The notes beneath the pieces are model-generated. The model was not told the DNA's origin and searched no databases. It was given only the letters and a program-made list of their open reading frames with translations. The position numbers were made by a program, and so were the translations under genes. This document shows positions 43,206 through 53,645 of a stretch of DNA of 64,000 nucleotides, piece after piece (positions within the stretch are counted from its first letter, which is position 1; the number at the start of each line of letters is the position of its first letter). Source of the DNA: Escherichia phage MLF4; the sequence record NC_055780.1; one strand, written 5' to 3'.

Positions 43206-43511
43206 ATGATGTTATACTCAAAGGCTCGTGAAATTTACGAAACTAAAATTAAAGAAGCTGTATTTCAATTCGCAACGACAATGCGATGGACAAATGACTG
43301 GGAGTATTCAAAAAATCATAAGAAGCCCTTGGTGACAAGAAAGGCTCATATGTTAGTGTTAATAGACCGTGAGCAGATTAAAGCCCGAGAAGCCCTCCAG
43401 AATCATAAAAAGGCTGCCTTTGAATGGTTTATGGATAACACTGCTCCTGAGACTAAGAAAGCAGTGAGCGCGTGGTTCAGTGGAAAAAATTGTGAAAGAA
43501 GTTTCTTTTAG
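43206..43511 (+). CDS. hypothetical basic protein (about 101 aa)
   Basis: Start trimmed to ATG 43206 (RBS GGAGGT). Confidence 0.5.
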   Translation: MMLYSKAREIYETKIKEAVFQFATTMRWTNDWEYSKNHKKPLVTRKAHMLVLIDREQIKAREALQNHKKAAFEWFMDNTAPETKKAVSAWFSGKNCERSFF

Positions 43512-43533
43512 TGGTTTACAAGACTGTTCCTCT
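43504..43533 (+). promoter_or_regulatory. T4-type early promoter
   Basis: GTTTAC at 43504 plus TGGTACTATACAACTATCAAC module. Confidence 0.55.
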
Positions 43534-43571
43534 GTGGTACTATACAACTATCAACTACGGAGGAACAGAAA

Positions 43572-44099
43572 ATGAATGCTAAAGATATTTTCAACTTGGT
43601 AAATTACAACGATGGTAAATTTAAATCTGAAGCACAAAGCAAGTTCTTTAATGACATCTCAATTGGAGGTGAAATCACGGTTGATGGAGGACAAATTTAT
43701 AAATCTCGTTGGAATTGGATTGTTATCATCGATGAGATTGGTATTGTAGAAATTTACAAAAATACGAATAAAAATCGTACATTACACTGGTCTCGTGATA
43801 CTAACGAACAGTACAAAAAGGATAAAGCATCTAAGTTATCTCGTGTAACTCAAGAAGATATTGAGTTCATCAAGAAAGATATTTTGATGTATGATAACTT
43901 AATTGCTGAAGAGCAAGCTGTTATTGATAAATTTGATGAGATTAAAGCTTCTCGTGAAATTCCTGATTTTATGAAAGAATCAGTAAATGAACGATACACT
44001 CTCATTTCAGAGCGTATTAAAACTTACAAAAAGCAAAGAGCTGAACGCCAGAATACTCTTCGGAAGTTTGAAGAACGGTTAAAGACGGTACTCGCATAA
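43572..44099 (+). CDS. hypothetical protein (175 aa)
   Basis: GGAGGAAC RBS; coiled-coil C-terminal half. Confidence 0.55.
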   Translation: MNAKDIFNLVNYNDGKFKSEAQSKFFNDISIGGEITVDGGQIYKSRWNWIVIIDEIGIVEIYKNTNKNRTLHWSRDTNEQYKKDKASKLSRVTQEDIEFIKKDILMYDNLIAEEQAVIDKFDEIKASREIPDFMKESVNERYTLISERIKTYKKQRAERQNTLRKFEERLKTVLA

Positions 44100-44100
44100 C

Positions 44101-44125
44101 CGCTTTATACCAAGGATGGTATAAT
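44101..44125 (+). promoter_or_regulatory. possible T4 middle promoter (imperfect MotA box cGCTTTA plus TATAAT)
   Basis: CGCTTTA at 44101, 12-nt spacer, TATAAT at 44120. Confidence 0.4.
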
Positions 44126-44154
44126 GGTTCTAAGCCCTTTTAATTGAGATTATT

Positions 44155-44562
44155 ATGAAACAGTTGATAATTAAAAGATTGAATTTATTGATATGTTGTT
44201 TATGTATAGTAATTGCATATGGTTATTACGCAATTAATGATTATATGCATTATAAAGATTATGATGTTACTGTAGTTAATACCCTTACAGGAACTCAAGG
44301 AAAGGGGTCTAGTTTATCGTTTATTGCCGTATATGAACTCAAAGACGGTTATAGATTTAGTGAATATATTTCCCCAGAGATGTATTCATCAATAGAAAAA
44401 GGCGATAATATTACTGTAAGTTTACGTCCTTTCGACGTAAAACAGACATTGTTTGATAATATTGTTTGGTTCTTTGGAATGGTATTAGTTCAATCTGTGT
44501 GTGGTGCTTATATAGTCTTTTCCATCATATTCTGTATATTTAGTAAAATTGAAATTGAGTGA
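44155..44562 (+). CDS. membrane protein (135 aa)
   Basis: N- and C-terminal TM segments. Confidence 0.55.
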   Translation: MKQLIIKRLNLLICCLCIVIAYGYYAINDYMHYKDYDVTVVNTLTGTQGKGSSLSFIAVYELKDGYRFSEYISPEMYSSIEKGDNITVSLRPFDVKQTLFDNIVWFFGMVLVQSVCGAYIVFSIIFCIFSKIEIE

Positions 44563-44569
44563 GGAAAAT

Positions 44570-45457
44570 ATGTCAGTAGTAATTAATAATGTCAATACAG
44601 TAATTAAATCTTTAGTTAATAAAAAAATGAATGAATGGACTGTACTTCGTCGTGGAGAGCCAGATAAATTTTTTCATAGATTTAACCCAACTTTGGATTT
44701 GAATGTTATTGACAGAGATGTTCATGCAGAAATTTTAGATAAGTTTAAAGTTGATATTGGATTTGGATTAGAAAAACATTTGCAGCGAACAAACGGGTCT
44801 GGAATGGGTTTATCTAATCGCATTATGAAAGCCCTTAATAAAATTGGAGCATTGTCTCGTATTAACGCGAGTGAAATTCTTCGCAATTATAATAAAGGCT
44901 ATGATCTTTATGGTCGACTAATGCCGAAATTATCATTTGACCAAATGATCGCAGATTTGTGGGAAAATCAACGACGATTATTAGCATTAGGCGCTCGATT
45001 AGCTAAAGGTCTAGATAAACAAATGATTTTTAAGACCAATAATACAGAAGACCTTAAATGCTTTAAATTTAGTATTCGCGGAGATGATTATTATGTCAGA
45101 GCTCGCTCTACAGATTATGTTAATATGGGGCATCATCTCTGTTTAGCTTTTGAAGTTTTAAAAGAAGCCGGAACATTAGAATATGTGTCTGGTGCTAAAT
45201 GCCCGATTGGTTCAAGTTGTATTTTAATTTATCGCCCGGATGAATCCAGTTTAACTAAATTGCCTACAAAACCTGTACCAGTTCGCAGTAATGAAAAACA
45301 TTCTGAGCAAATTGATTATTTTAATAAGCAAATTGAAGAGCTGAATATTTCTATTCAACAGTATGACGATGAAATTTTCAGACTATCTGGATTGAGTAGT
45401 AAAGCTAAATCTGAGCGTGAAAAATTAATTAAAATTGTTGATTTACTTAAATCTTAA
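44570..45457 (+). CDS. hypothetical protein with C-terminal coiled coil (295 aa)
   Basis: Start trimmed to ATG 44570 (RBS GAGGAAAA); C-terminal about 45 aa heptad-rich. Confidence 0.55.
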   Translation: MSVVINNVNTVIKSLVNKKMNEWTVLRRGEPDKFFHRFNPTLDLNVIDRDVHAEILDKFKVDIGFGLEKHLQRTNGSGMGLSNRIMKALNKIGALSRINASEILRNYNKGYDLYGRLMPKLSFDQMIADLWENQRRLLALGARLAKGLDKQMIFKTNNTEDLKCFKFSIRGDDYYVRARSTDYVNMGHHLCLAFEVLKEAGTLEYVSGAKCPIGSSCILIYRPDESSLTKLPTKPVPVRSNEKHSEQIDYFNKQIEELNISIQQYDDEIFRLSGLSSKAKSEREKLIKIVDLLKS

Positions 45458-45465
45458 GGAACACT

Positions 45466-46470
45466 ATGAAAACTCGTTCTCAAATTGAAGATATGGTTCG
45501 TAATGCCAGCTATACTCGTGATGTTATGACATTTTTGTGCCAAAATAATTTAGACCCTGATAAAGTTAATCGTGATATTCACTTTAAATATATGAATAGC
45601 AGTGAATGGTTACGTCATTTTAGTAAAGCGGGGTATATTACACAAATGACTGCTCGTGAGCAGCTCACCGATTTCTGTAAAACTATTGATTATAAAAATC
45701 CTCTGTTTGTTCAAGGTGTTGGTCAGAGTAAGGTCGATTTATCATCTGGATTTTTTAATCCAAATCATTATCGTATTGAATGGAGATTTATTGCTCTATT
45801 TCGTAAACAATTAAAGCAAATTTTGTCTACTGCTAGTCGATTAAAAGGCTCTGATATTAACTTAAAGAATCTGAAATTTGATGGTTATACTCTTCAGATG
45901 GAAGTAAGACCATTAAAAGAAAATAATAGAACTGCACGAATTAGCTTTAAACCTAGTACTAAAAATTCTCTTTCAATTTGTGAATGTCTTAAATCACAGC
46001 TGACAGAAGCATTTAAGTATATGGATGTTGTTGCCGCTGTTCAATCTAAGATTTCGCAGCATTTCGAACGATTTAAATTAGATACGACAACATATGAACT
46101 TGATATGATCGTTTCATTTAAATATGATTTTTTGAGAAAGGACGAAGTTACACAAGAGAAAAAACCTGAACCCCAAACTAATTACTCATCAAACGATCCT
46201 AAATTTTGGATGTATAGTTCAGGTAATAAAGATGCATGGAAATTTAATAAAGTGAATTTTCTTCCTATTGAAAATCCGAGTCTTAAACCTGTTGAAAAAT
46301 GGCACGCGGATGCGATTGAGAAGTCTCTTAAGGCAGTAGATGATGAACTCGTTAAAGCAACTAATGAAGTGTTAGAAGCTGAAAAGATGCTAGAAAAAGC
46401 TCAAGAAAAAGTAAAAAATCTCACGAAGCAACGTTCTAAATTGAACAACGCACTAAATGCACTAAACTAG
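45466..46470 (+). CDS. hypothetical protein with C-terminal coiled coil (334 aa)
   Basis: AAGGAA RBS; C-terminus …EKMLEKAQEKVKNLTKQRSKLNNALNALN. Confidence 0.55.
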   Translation: MKTRSQIEDMVRNASYTRDVMTFLCQNNLDPDKVNRDIHFKYMNSSEWLRHFSKAGYITQMTAREQLTDFCKTIDYKNPLFVQGVGQSKVDLSSGFFNPNHYRIEWRFIALFRKQLKQILSTASRLKGSDINLKNLKFDGYTLQMEVRPLKENNRTARISFKPSTKNSLSICECLKSQLTEAFKYMDVVAAVQSKISQHFERFKLDTTTYELDMIVSFKYDFLRKDEVTQEKKPEPQTNYSSNDPKFWMYSSGNKDAWKFNKVNFLPIENPSLKPVEKWHADAIEKSLKAVDDELVKATNEVLEAEKMLEKAQEKVKNLTKQRSKLNNALNALN

Positions 46471-46499
46471 TTTACTTCGCCACAAGGATGTGGTATAAT
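46470..46499 (+). promoter_or_regulatory. T4-type early promoter
   Basis: GTTTAC at 46470, 18-nt spacer, TGgTATAAT at 46491-46499. Confidence 0.6.
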
Positions 46500-46527
46500 G
46501 TTCTTACTTTCTACTGAGGAGATTAAT

Positions 46528-47529
46528 ATGACTCGCAACGAATATATTAAATCGTTCAACAGCGTTATTGATGATAAAGTTAAACCTATGTTTAGTCAGA
46601 ATAGTGTGATTTCTATTATCAATCAATGGCTCAATAATACTGATGCAAGTATTGTTTCTTCCAGCAAATTTATTCATGAAGTTCATAAAATTTCTAGTCG
46701 TGCAGATAAAGATGATATTAAGGAAACCTTTAAAGGGTCTCGTCTTCTTTCATACTTAGTCAACAGAGATATTCTTAGTAAATTTGGGAAAGAAATTAAA
46801 CGAACTAAAGATGTAGTAGGATATAATTGGTTTGGTGATGTTAATTCTTATCATCTTAATAATAAAGAAGACCCTGAGAATATTTTTACTCGTCGTTGGA
46901 TTAGTAATTTCAGACTTTTCAAAGGACAAATTCTAAAATCAGCTTCTAAATTATGTTATGGCGATTATCGTCAAATTCATCCTTTGGCTTCTGATATGAT
47001 TATCGTAAAAGAATATGAGCTTGATGAAAATAAAGTAGCTATTTTTGTGAATTATGGATTTTTTACACCAAACGCTAATCAAAAGAATATTAATAAATTT
47101 TTCTCAATTGCTAGCACTATAACTTATCAATTAGAGGCGGTTTTGGGCTGTATGGAAACAGTAGAAAATATTCATACATATCCTTTTAAGAATATATGCG
47201 GTTGGGAAGGATATAAAATTGTAGTTAGTCTCCGTGAAGTAAAGTGCGCGTACTCACCGACTGATAAAGAAATTTATCATCAAAAATGTGATGAAATTGT
47301 GAATACTCCTAAAGAAGAAACTACACTTGAGGAACTAATGGAATGTCTTGATGATTCACCTGAACCGGTAGAAATTCGTCCAGAAGTTATTGCATTAGAA
47401 AAAGCTTATAAGGAAGCTCTAGAAATTTCTAATAAAGCACAGAAAGAATATGAGAAGGCTAAAAGGATTTGGGAAGAATCTGTTAATCGCCTTGATCGCT
47501 TAGAACAGGCTTTACAGTTAATTAAGTAA
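46528..47529 (+). CDS. hypothetical protein with C-terminal coiled coil (333 aa)
   Basis: Start trimmed to ATG 46528 (RBS GAGGAG); C-terminus …ALEKAYKEALEISNKAQKEYEKAKRIWEESVNRLDRLEQALQLIK. Confidence 0.55.
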   Translation: MTRNEYIKSFNSVIDDKVKPMFSQNSVISIINQWLNNTDASIVSSSKFIHEVHKISSRADKDDIKETFKGSRLLSYLVNRDILSKFGKEIKRTKDVVGYNWFGDVNSYHLNNKEDPENIFTRRWISNFRLFKGQILKSASKLCYGDYRQIHPLASDMIIVKEYELDENKVAIFVNYGFFTPNANQKNINKFFSIASTITYQLEAVLGCMETVENIHTYPFKNICGWEGYKIVVSLREVKCAYSPTDKEIYHQKCDEIVNTPKEETTLEELMECLDDSPEPVEIRPEVIALEKAYKEALEISNKAQKEYEKAKRIWEESVNRLDRLEQALQLIK

Positions 47530-47583
47530 AATTTAAAGCCAAGGATGGCTCGGAGTATAAATCATTAACCAAGTGAGAAGAAC

Positions 47584-48513
47584 ATGAAAACTCGTAAACA
47601 TTATATTGATTATTTTGACAGTCTTATTACTAAACATCGTAATTATCAGATCGGACACAGAGCAGTAATCAATAATATTCTTCGTGATTTCCTTCAATAT
47701 GTTGGCCAGGAAAATTATATCTGTAAAGATACTCAAAACGCTTATTCTCATTCGTTAGGTAATTTGCTTGAATGGTTTAAACGTTCTCGTATGTTATCTT
47801 CTACTGTAGCTCGCGATAACATTAAAAACTTTATGAAGCCGAGCTTTATTAAATCTGAGACATCTATAACTGATTTGGTTGAATTTACTATTGTTAACGA
47901 TGTTAAAAAGACTCATTTGGCTGATTGGTTATCTACCATTCCTGAAACTAAATTTGCTGATAAATTTGCTTGTCAATTCAATGACCAAGTGAATATGCTT
48001 TTTAAGCATGCTCGCAAACTGTTTACCGCGGGTGATGACCGTACAAATACAGTTCATGTTAAGGACTGGGTTATTGCTGATGAAGTAACACACAAGCCAG
48101 GTGGTTCATCAGTATTAATTAATATCCAGGTTCCTTATTATTACTCACGTAATCTCGGCACCATGACAGCTAAAGAAATTAATAAGCACAACAAAACTAT
48201 TCGTTCGTTGTCTTATAAACTCCGCATGATGTTAAAAATCATGGACGTAGTAGAAATGTATGACGAAACCGAAGATAATGGTTCAATGTTATACAGTTCA
48301 CGTATTCTAATTAAACTGAAGAACCCTAATACATATAAGACAGTTGTAAAAGAGCCTAAAGCAGAAAAGATTGATAACATGAGTGAAGAACGTGAATACC
48401 TCAAATCTCGACTGGTTGAAGTTGAATCCCAGATTGCCGAACACACCAAATTGTTAAAAGCTCTTAATGCAAAAGCAAATGGTTTACGTAATGCTATTGA
48501 GGTATTGAAATGA
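47584..48513 (+). CDS. hypothetical protein with C-terminal coiled coil (309 aa)
   Basis: C-terminus …[42 protein letters not shown]. Confidence 0.55.
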   Translation: MKTRKHYIDYFDSLITKHRNYQIGHRAVINNILRDFLQYVGQENYICKDTQNAYSHSLGNLLEWFKRSRMLSSTVARDNIKNFMKPSFIKSETSITDLVEFTIVNDVKKTHLADWLSTIPETKFADKFACQFNDQVNMLFKHARKLFTAGDDRTNTVHVKDWVIADEVTHKPGGSSVLINIQVPYYYSRNLGTMTAKEINKHNKTIRSLSYKLRMMLKIMDVVEMYDETEDNGSMLYSSRILIKLKNPNTYKTVVKEPKAEKIDNMSEEREYLKSRLVEVESQIAEHTKLLKALNAKANGLRNAIEVLK

Positions 48514-48899
48514 AAAAGCGTTTATTAGAAGACATTGCAGCTTCAAGTAATTCCAGTTTAATTAAAATTATTATGGCTGGTGAGGAAGATGATATGGAAA
48601 TGCGTGGAAAGATTCACGGCTGCGACGATTTAGATTTTAAACCTCCAGCATGGGATGCTATTATGGCTATGGTTGAACGACGTGAAAGAGCTTCTAAAAA
48701 CGTTCCTAATTGCCCTGAATGCGGTACTGAACAAGTTCAGTTGATTAACTGGCGTAAACCAGAGCTTGAATATAAATGCCGTCAATGTAAACATAAATTC
48801 AGTAAGCATGCTCCGGAAATGGTTAAATTGCCTGACTCTACTGAGTTCTTTAAAGAACTTGTGAGTGTTCAACCAATGCCTAATAATATTTTGGATTAA
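48510..48899 (+). CDS. zinc-ribbon protein (129 aa)
   Basis: CPECG…(17)…CRQCKHKF four-Cys zinc ribbon; ATGA overlap upstream. Confidence 0.55.
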   Translation: MKKRLLEDIAASSNSSLIKIIMAGEEDDMEMRGKIHGCDDLDFKPPAWDAIMAMVERRERASKNVPNCPECGTEQVQLINWRKPELEYKCRQCKHKFSKHAPEMVKLPDSTEFFKELVSVQPMPNNILD

Positions 48900-48901
48900 A
48901 A

Positions 48902-49144
48902 ATGACCAAGCGTAAAGAATATATGGAGGCTGCTGAAAAGGCAGTCCGTGAATTAGCAATAGCTTATTATAATGAACACGGTAAATTTCCTGATAGATAC
49001 AGCGTGCTTAAATCTGCTTTAACTCGTTCATATAAAAATATGCTATCAGAAGTAAGTGATATTATATACAAACATAAAGAACAAACGGGCCAAAGTCTTG
49101 ATTACGACGAGACTTTTAAACAAGTACTAGGAATTAAGGAATAA
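48902..49144 (+). CDS. hypothetical protein (80 aa)
   Basis: Small helical ORF just upstream of nrdC. Confidence 0.5.
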   Translation: MTKRKEYMEAAEKAVRELAIAYYNEHGKFPDRYSVLKSALTRSYKNMLSEVSDIIYKHKEQTGQSLDYDETFKQVLGIKE

Positions 49145-49145
49145 T

Positions 49146-49409
49146 ATGTTTAAAGTATATGGTTATGATAGCAACATTCATAAATGTGTGTATTGCGATA
49201 ATGCAAAACGTCTTTTGACCGTGAAGAAACAGCCGTTTGAATTTATCAACATTATGCCGGAAAAAGGTGTTTTTGATGATGAGAAAATCGCTGAGCTTCT
49301 GACTAAACTAGGTCGTGATACTCAAATCGGCTTGACAATGCCCCAGGTATTTGCTCCTGATGGAAGTCATATTGGTGGATTTGACCAACTGCGAGAATAT
49401 TTTAAATGA
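49146..49409 (+). CDS. nrdC: thioredoxin/glutaredoxin NrdC (87 aa)
   Basis: MFKVYGYDSNIHKCVYCDNAKRLL with CVYC active site; length equals T4 NrdC. Confidence 0.9.
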   Translation: MFKVYGYDSNIHKCVYCDNAKRLLTVKKQPFEFINIMPEKGVFDDEKIAELLTKLGRDTQIGLTMPQVFAPDGSHIGGFDQLREYFK

Positions 49410-49621
49410 TGCTCGAAGGAACTGACTATATTCATGATTACCGCGGAAGCGCGGTATATGTAGGTGATGAAGTTGCAGTTTATTATGGGTATGGAACTTT
49501 GATGACAGCCAAGGTTATTCAAATTAAAAATAATCGTGCTAAACTCGAAGTTTATTATTCTAATGGTGAAAAGTCTATTTCTAAGTGGAAATACGGCGAT
49601 TGTATGGTTAAATTGGGGTAA
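49406..49621 (+). CDS. hypothetical protein (71 aa)
   Basis: ATGA-coupled to nrdC. Confidence 0.5.
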   Translation: MMLEGTDYIHDYRGSAVYVGDEVAVYYGYGTLMTAKVIQIKNNRAKLEVYYSNGEKSISKWKYGDCMVKLG

Positions 49622-49804
49622 ATATGATTTACGATATTAATGTATCACGAGCTCCGTCAATGGTTACTATTCCAGCCGAAGAACTAGATCGTCTTCAGAA
49701 AATTGAAGAACTTCTTTGGGAAATTGAATGTGACCTGCCATCAGGACTAGAATCCTGGATTGATGATGAAGAACTTAATAAATTGCGAAATTAATTGGTG
49801 AAAA

Positions 49805-50125
49805 ATGACTATTGAAAATAAATTAGATGTTGATGCAGTTCTGAGCGAAATCATTGAAGACCATGATGCATTTTCGGAAAACTATGATTTCGATTTTTCC
49901 AATTATCTTAAACCTGTCGAAATAGAAGACTGGGTGCAAGATGGTAAATGTCAATATCGTCAGTGTGTTTACTTTAGTCCAAAACATAATGTACATGTGG
50001 CTGTAAATGAATCTCGGTCAGGTTCTTATCATTCTGACTGGTATTATGCAGTTCCGACTGTTGAACTAGTCGAGCTCCATGAACGTGTAGTAACTCAGAC
50101 AGTACGAGAATGGATTACGCTATAA
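49805..50125 (+). CDS. hypothetical acidic protein (106 aa)
   Basis: GGTGAAAA RBS. Confidence 0.5.
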   Translation: MTIENKLDVDAVLSEIIEDHDAFSENYDFDFSNYLKPVEIEDWVQDGKCQYRQCVYFSPKHNVHVAVNESRSGSYHSDWYYAVPTVELVELHERVVTQTVREWITL

Positions 50126-50248
50126 AACCTTGGTGGGCGGCTAGATGGGAAACTGTAGAGTCAGAGCCGGAAGAACCGGTTTACACTGATGAAGAAACAG
50201 TATATAATGAACCAACGATAAATGACTTAATTGATATGGAGATGGGAC

Positions 50249-50734
50249 ATGATTACAGTAGATAAGTGGTTTAGAATTAATCGTACTGATACAGGGCTGT
50301 GTAATTACTGGCCGGAACTTAGTGCAGGTACTGTCTTTAAAGTTCGTGAACTCGCAAAAGAATGTGAAGATGATATAGAGCCTGACACTGGAATTATTGA
50401 AATTGAACTTTCTGATGGAAAAATTATTAACATCTACGATAAGCCAATTACGTATTGGTGCTTGTGGAATACTGAATCAGTAGAAAATGGCGAAATTGAA
50501 GAAGTTGTAGAGAGAACTAATCAAGTTGTTCAGAAGCCTAAAGCCGATTTTCAAGGTGAACGTATTCCATACGCATTAGCTAAATTAGCTGCGCAAGAAA
50601 ATAACGATGGCTATGAAGGTAACCTGATGCAAGCTGCCGCAGAATACATTGAATGGCTTGAAAATCAAATTTCTTTTTCTGACCAAAAGATTCGGCAATA
50701 TAAGCGATTGAATCAAATGTTTTACAATACTTGA
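50249..50734 (+). CDS. hypothetical protein (161 aa), possibly Pin (Lon protease inhibitor)
   Basis: Start trimmed to ATG 50249 (RBS GGAGATGGG); 161 aa and position next to gene 49 fit T4 pin, sequence not independently recognised. Confidence 0.45.
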   Translation: MITVDKWFRINRTDTGLCNYWPELSAGTVFKVRELAKECEDDIEPDTGIIEIELSDGKIINIYDKPITYWCLWNTESVENGEIEEVVERTNQVVQKPKADFQGERIPYALAKLAAQENNDGYEGNLMQAAAEYIEWLENQISFSDQKIRQYKRLNQMFYNT

Positions 50735-50775
50735 AAATAATAAATACCCTTATCTATTTAAGGTAAGGGTTTATT

Positions 50776-51249
50776 ATGTTATTGACTGGCAAATTATATA
50801 AAGAAGAAAAACAGAAATTTTATGATGCACAAAACGGTAAATGCTTAATTTGCCAACGAGAACTAAATCCTGATGTTCAAGCTAATCACCTTGACCATGA
50901 CCATGAATTAAATGGACCAAAAGCAGGAAAGGTACGTGGATTGCTTTGTAATCTCTGCAATGCCGCAGAAGGTCAAATGAAGCATAAATTTAATCGTTCT
51001 GGCTTAAAGGGACAAGGTGTTGATTATCTTGAATGGTTAGAAAATTTACTTACTTATTTAAAATCCGATTACACCCAAAATAATATTCACCCTAACTTTG
51101 TTGGAGATAAATCAAAGGAATTTTCTCGTTTAGGAAAAGAGGAAATGATGGCTGAGATGCTTCAAAGAGGATTTGAATATAATGAATCTGACACTAAAAC
51201 ACAATTAATAGCTTCATTTAAGAAGCAGCTTAGAAAGAGTTTAAAATGA
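50776..51249 (+). CDS. 49: recombination endonuclease VII (157 aa)
   Basis: CLICQRELNPDVQANHLDHDHELNGPKAGKVRGLLCNLCN zinc/HNH-like core; length equals T4 gp49. Confidence 0.9.
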   Translation: MLLTGKLYKEEKQKFYDAQNGKCLICQRELNPDVQANHLDHDHELNGPKAGKVRGLLCNLCNAAEGQMKHKFNRSGLKGQGVDYLEWLENLLTYLKSDYTQNNIHPNFVGDKSKEFSRLGKEEMMAEMLQRGFEYNESDTKTQLIASFKKQLRKSLK

Positions 51250-53063
51250 CAATTGAAAAAGAAATTGAAGGATTGATTCATAAAACTAATAAAGACCTTT
51301 TAAACGAGAATGCTAATAAAGATTCTCGTGTTTTTCCAACTCAACGGGACCTTATGGCTGGTATTGTGTCTAAACACATTGCCAAAAATATGGTCCCGTC
51401 TTTTATTATGAAAGCGCATGAAAGCGGAATTATTCATTTCCATGATATTGATTATTCCCCTGCTCTTCCATTTACTAATTGCTGTTTAGTAGATTTAAAA
51501 GGAATGCTTGAGAACGGATTTAAGCTTGGTAATGCACAGATTGAAACTCCTAAATCAATCGGTGTTGCTACTGCAATTATGGCACAAATTACTGCACAGG
51601 TTGCTTCCCATCAATACGGCGGAACGACTTTTGCTAATGTAGATAAAGTACTTTCTCCTTATGTTAAACGCACCTATGCAAAACATATTGAAGATGCAGA
51701 AAAATGGCAAATCGCTGATGCGTTGAATTATGCTCAATCTAAAACAGAAAAAGATGTATACGATGCATTCCAAGCTTATGAATATGAAGTAAATACTCTC
51801 TTTAGTTCAAACGGACAAACACCTTTTGTAACAATTACATTTGGTACAGGAACTGACTGGACTGAACGAATGATTCAGAAAGCAATTCTGAAAAATCGTA
51901 TTAAAGGTCTCGGTCGTGATGGGATAACTCCTATTTTCCCTAAGCTTGTTATGTTCGTTGAAGAAGGTGTTAATCTTTATAAAGACGATCCGAACTATGA
52001 TATTAAACAGCTTGCTCTAGAGTGCGCAAGCAAAAGAATGTATCCTGATATTATTTCAGCTAAGAACAATAAAGCTATCACTGGCTCATCTATTCCTGTT
52101 TCTCCAATGGGTTGTCGTAGTTTCTTGAGCGTATGGAAAGATTCGACTGGCAATGAAATTCTTGATGGACGTAATAATCTCGGTGTTGTAACACTGAATC
52201 TTCCTCGTATCGCATTAGATTCTTATATTGGAACACAGTTCAATGAACAGAAATTTATCGAATTGTTCAATGAACGAATGGATTTATGTTTTGAAGCTTT
52301 GATGTGTAGAATTAGTTCCTTAAAAGGAGTTAAAGCGACTGTTGCTCCTATTCTTTACCAAGAAGGTGCATTCGGGGTTCGTCTTAAACCTGATGACGAT
52401 ATAATTGAGTTATTTAAAAACGGCAGAAGTTCAGTGTCTTTAGGATACATTGGTATTCATGAATTGAATATTCTTGTCGGTCGTGATATTGGACAAGAAA
52501 TTTTAACTAAAATGAATGCTCGTCTTAAGCAGTGGACTGAAAGAACCGGATTTGCTTTTAGTTTATATTCGACTCCTGCTGAAAACCTTTGTTATCGCTT
52601 CTGTAAACTCGATACCGAAAAATATGGAAGTGTAAAGGATGTTACCGATAAAGGCTGGTACACTAACAGTTTCCATGTTTCAGTAGAAGAAAATATTACT
52701 CCGTTTGAAAAGATTTCTCGCGAAGCGCCGTATCATTTCATTGCGACAGGCGGTCACATTTCTTATGTTGAACTTCCAGATATGAAAAACAATTTAAAGG
52801 GTCTTGAGGCTGTCTGGGATTATGCTGCACAACATTTAGATTATTTTGGTGTTAATATGCCGGTAGATAAATGTTTTACATGCGGAAGTACCCATGAAAT
52901 GACTCCTACTGAAAACGGATTTGTTTGTTCTATCTGTGGAGAAACTGATCCTAAAAAGATGAACACAATAAGAAGAACATGTGGTTATTTGGGAAATCCG
53001 AACGAACGTGGATTTAATCTCGGTAAAAATAAAGAAATCATGCATAGGGTTAAACACCAATGA
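51246..53063 (+). CDS. nrdD: anaerobic ribonucleoside-triphosphate reductase NrdD (605 aa), uninterrupted
   Basis: Continuous 605-aa ORF with C-terminal Cys cluster CFTCGSTHEMTPTENGFVCSICG and glycyl-radical-type RxxGY region; no intron. Confidence 0.95.
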   Translation: MTIEKEIEGLIHKTNKDLLNENANKDSRVFPTQRDLMAGIVSKHIAKNMVPSFIMKAHESGIIHFHDIDYSPALPFTNCCLVDLKGMLENGFKLGNAQIETPKSIGVATAIMAQITAQVASHQYGGTTFANVDKVLSPYVKRTYAKHIEDAEKWQIADALNYAQSKTEKDVYDAFQAYEYEVNTLFSSNGQTPFVTITFGTGTDWTERMIQKAILKNRIKGLGRDGITPIFPKLVMFVEEGVNLYKDDPNYDIKQLALECASKRMYPDIISAKNNKAITGSSIPVSPMGCRSFLSVWKDSTGNEILDGRNNLGVVTLNLPRIALDSYIGTQFNEQKFIELFNERMDLCFEALMCRISSLKGVKATVAPILYQEGAFGVRLKPDDDIIELFKNGRSSVSLGYIGIHELNILVGRDIGQEILTKMNARLKQWTERTGFAFSLYSTPAENLCYRFCKLDTEKYGSVKDVTDKGWYTNSFHVSVEENITPFEKISREAPYHFIATGGHISYVELPDMKNNLKGLEAVWDYAAQHLDYFGVNMPVDKCFTCGSTHEMTPTENGFVCSICGETDPKKMNTIRRTCGYLGNPNERGFNLGKNKEIMHRVKHQ

Positions 53064-53530
53064 ATTATGATAGATTTTATCCTTGCGATTTTGTGAATGG
53101 CCCTGGTTGCAGGGTCGTTCTTTTCGTTACAGGTTGTTTGCATAAATGTGAAGGGTGTTATAATAAATCAACATGGAATGCTAGAAATGGTATTCCATTC
53201 ACTGGTGAAACACTAGAACAATTAATTGAATGTTTGAATAATGATTATATAGAAGGATTAACTATAACTGGGGGTGACCCTCTTTATCCTGATAACAGAG
53301 ACGTGATTCACTCTGTGGTTCAAACTATTAAAAATCTTTATCCCAATAAAAGCATTTGGTTGTGGACAGGATATAAGTTTGAAGATATTAAACAACTAGA
53401 AATGCTTAAATATGTTGATGTTATTATTGATGGGAAGTATGAGAAAAATCTTCCGACTAAAAAGCTGTGGCGAGGATCAGATAATCAGCGACTTTGGTCA
53501 AATACCGATGGGGTGTGGACACATGATTAA
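53060..53530 (+). CDS. nrdG: anaerobic RNR activating radical-SAM protein NrdG (156 aa)
   Basis: CxxxCxxC radical SAM motif CLHKCEGCYN; ATGA-coupled to nrdD. Confidence 0.9.
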   Translation: MNYDRFYPCDFVNGPGCRVVLFVTGCLHKCEGCYNKSTWNARNGIPFTGETLEQLIECLNNDYIEGLTITGGDPLYPDNRDVIHSVVQTIKNLYPNKSIWLWTGYKFEDIKQLEMLKYVDVIIDGKYEKNLPTKKLWRGSDNQRLWSNTDGVWTHD

Positions 53531-53645
53531 ATTGAATTACATTATGGATACTATAAATGATATGATTTTTCATTTTGGTCCAGAATTTTATTCGCAATAT
53601 AGTTTAGTGCTTATCAATGCTTGGTTAATCAATTAAGGGTAAAAT

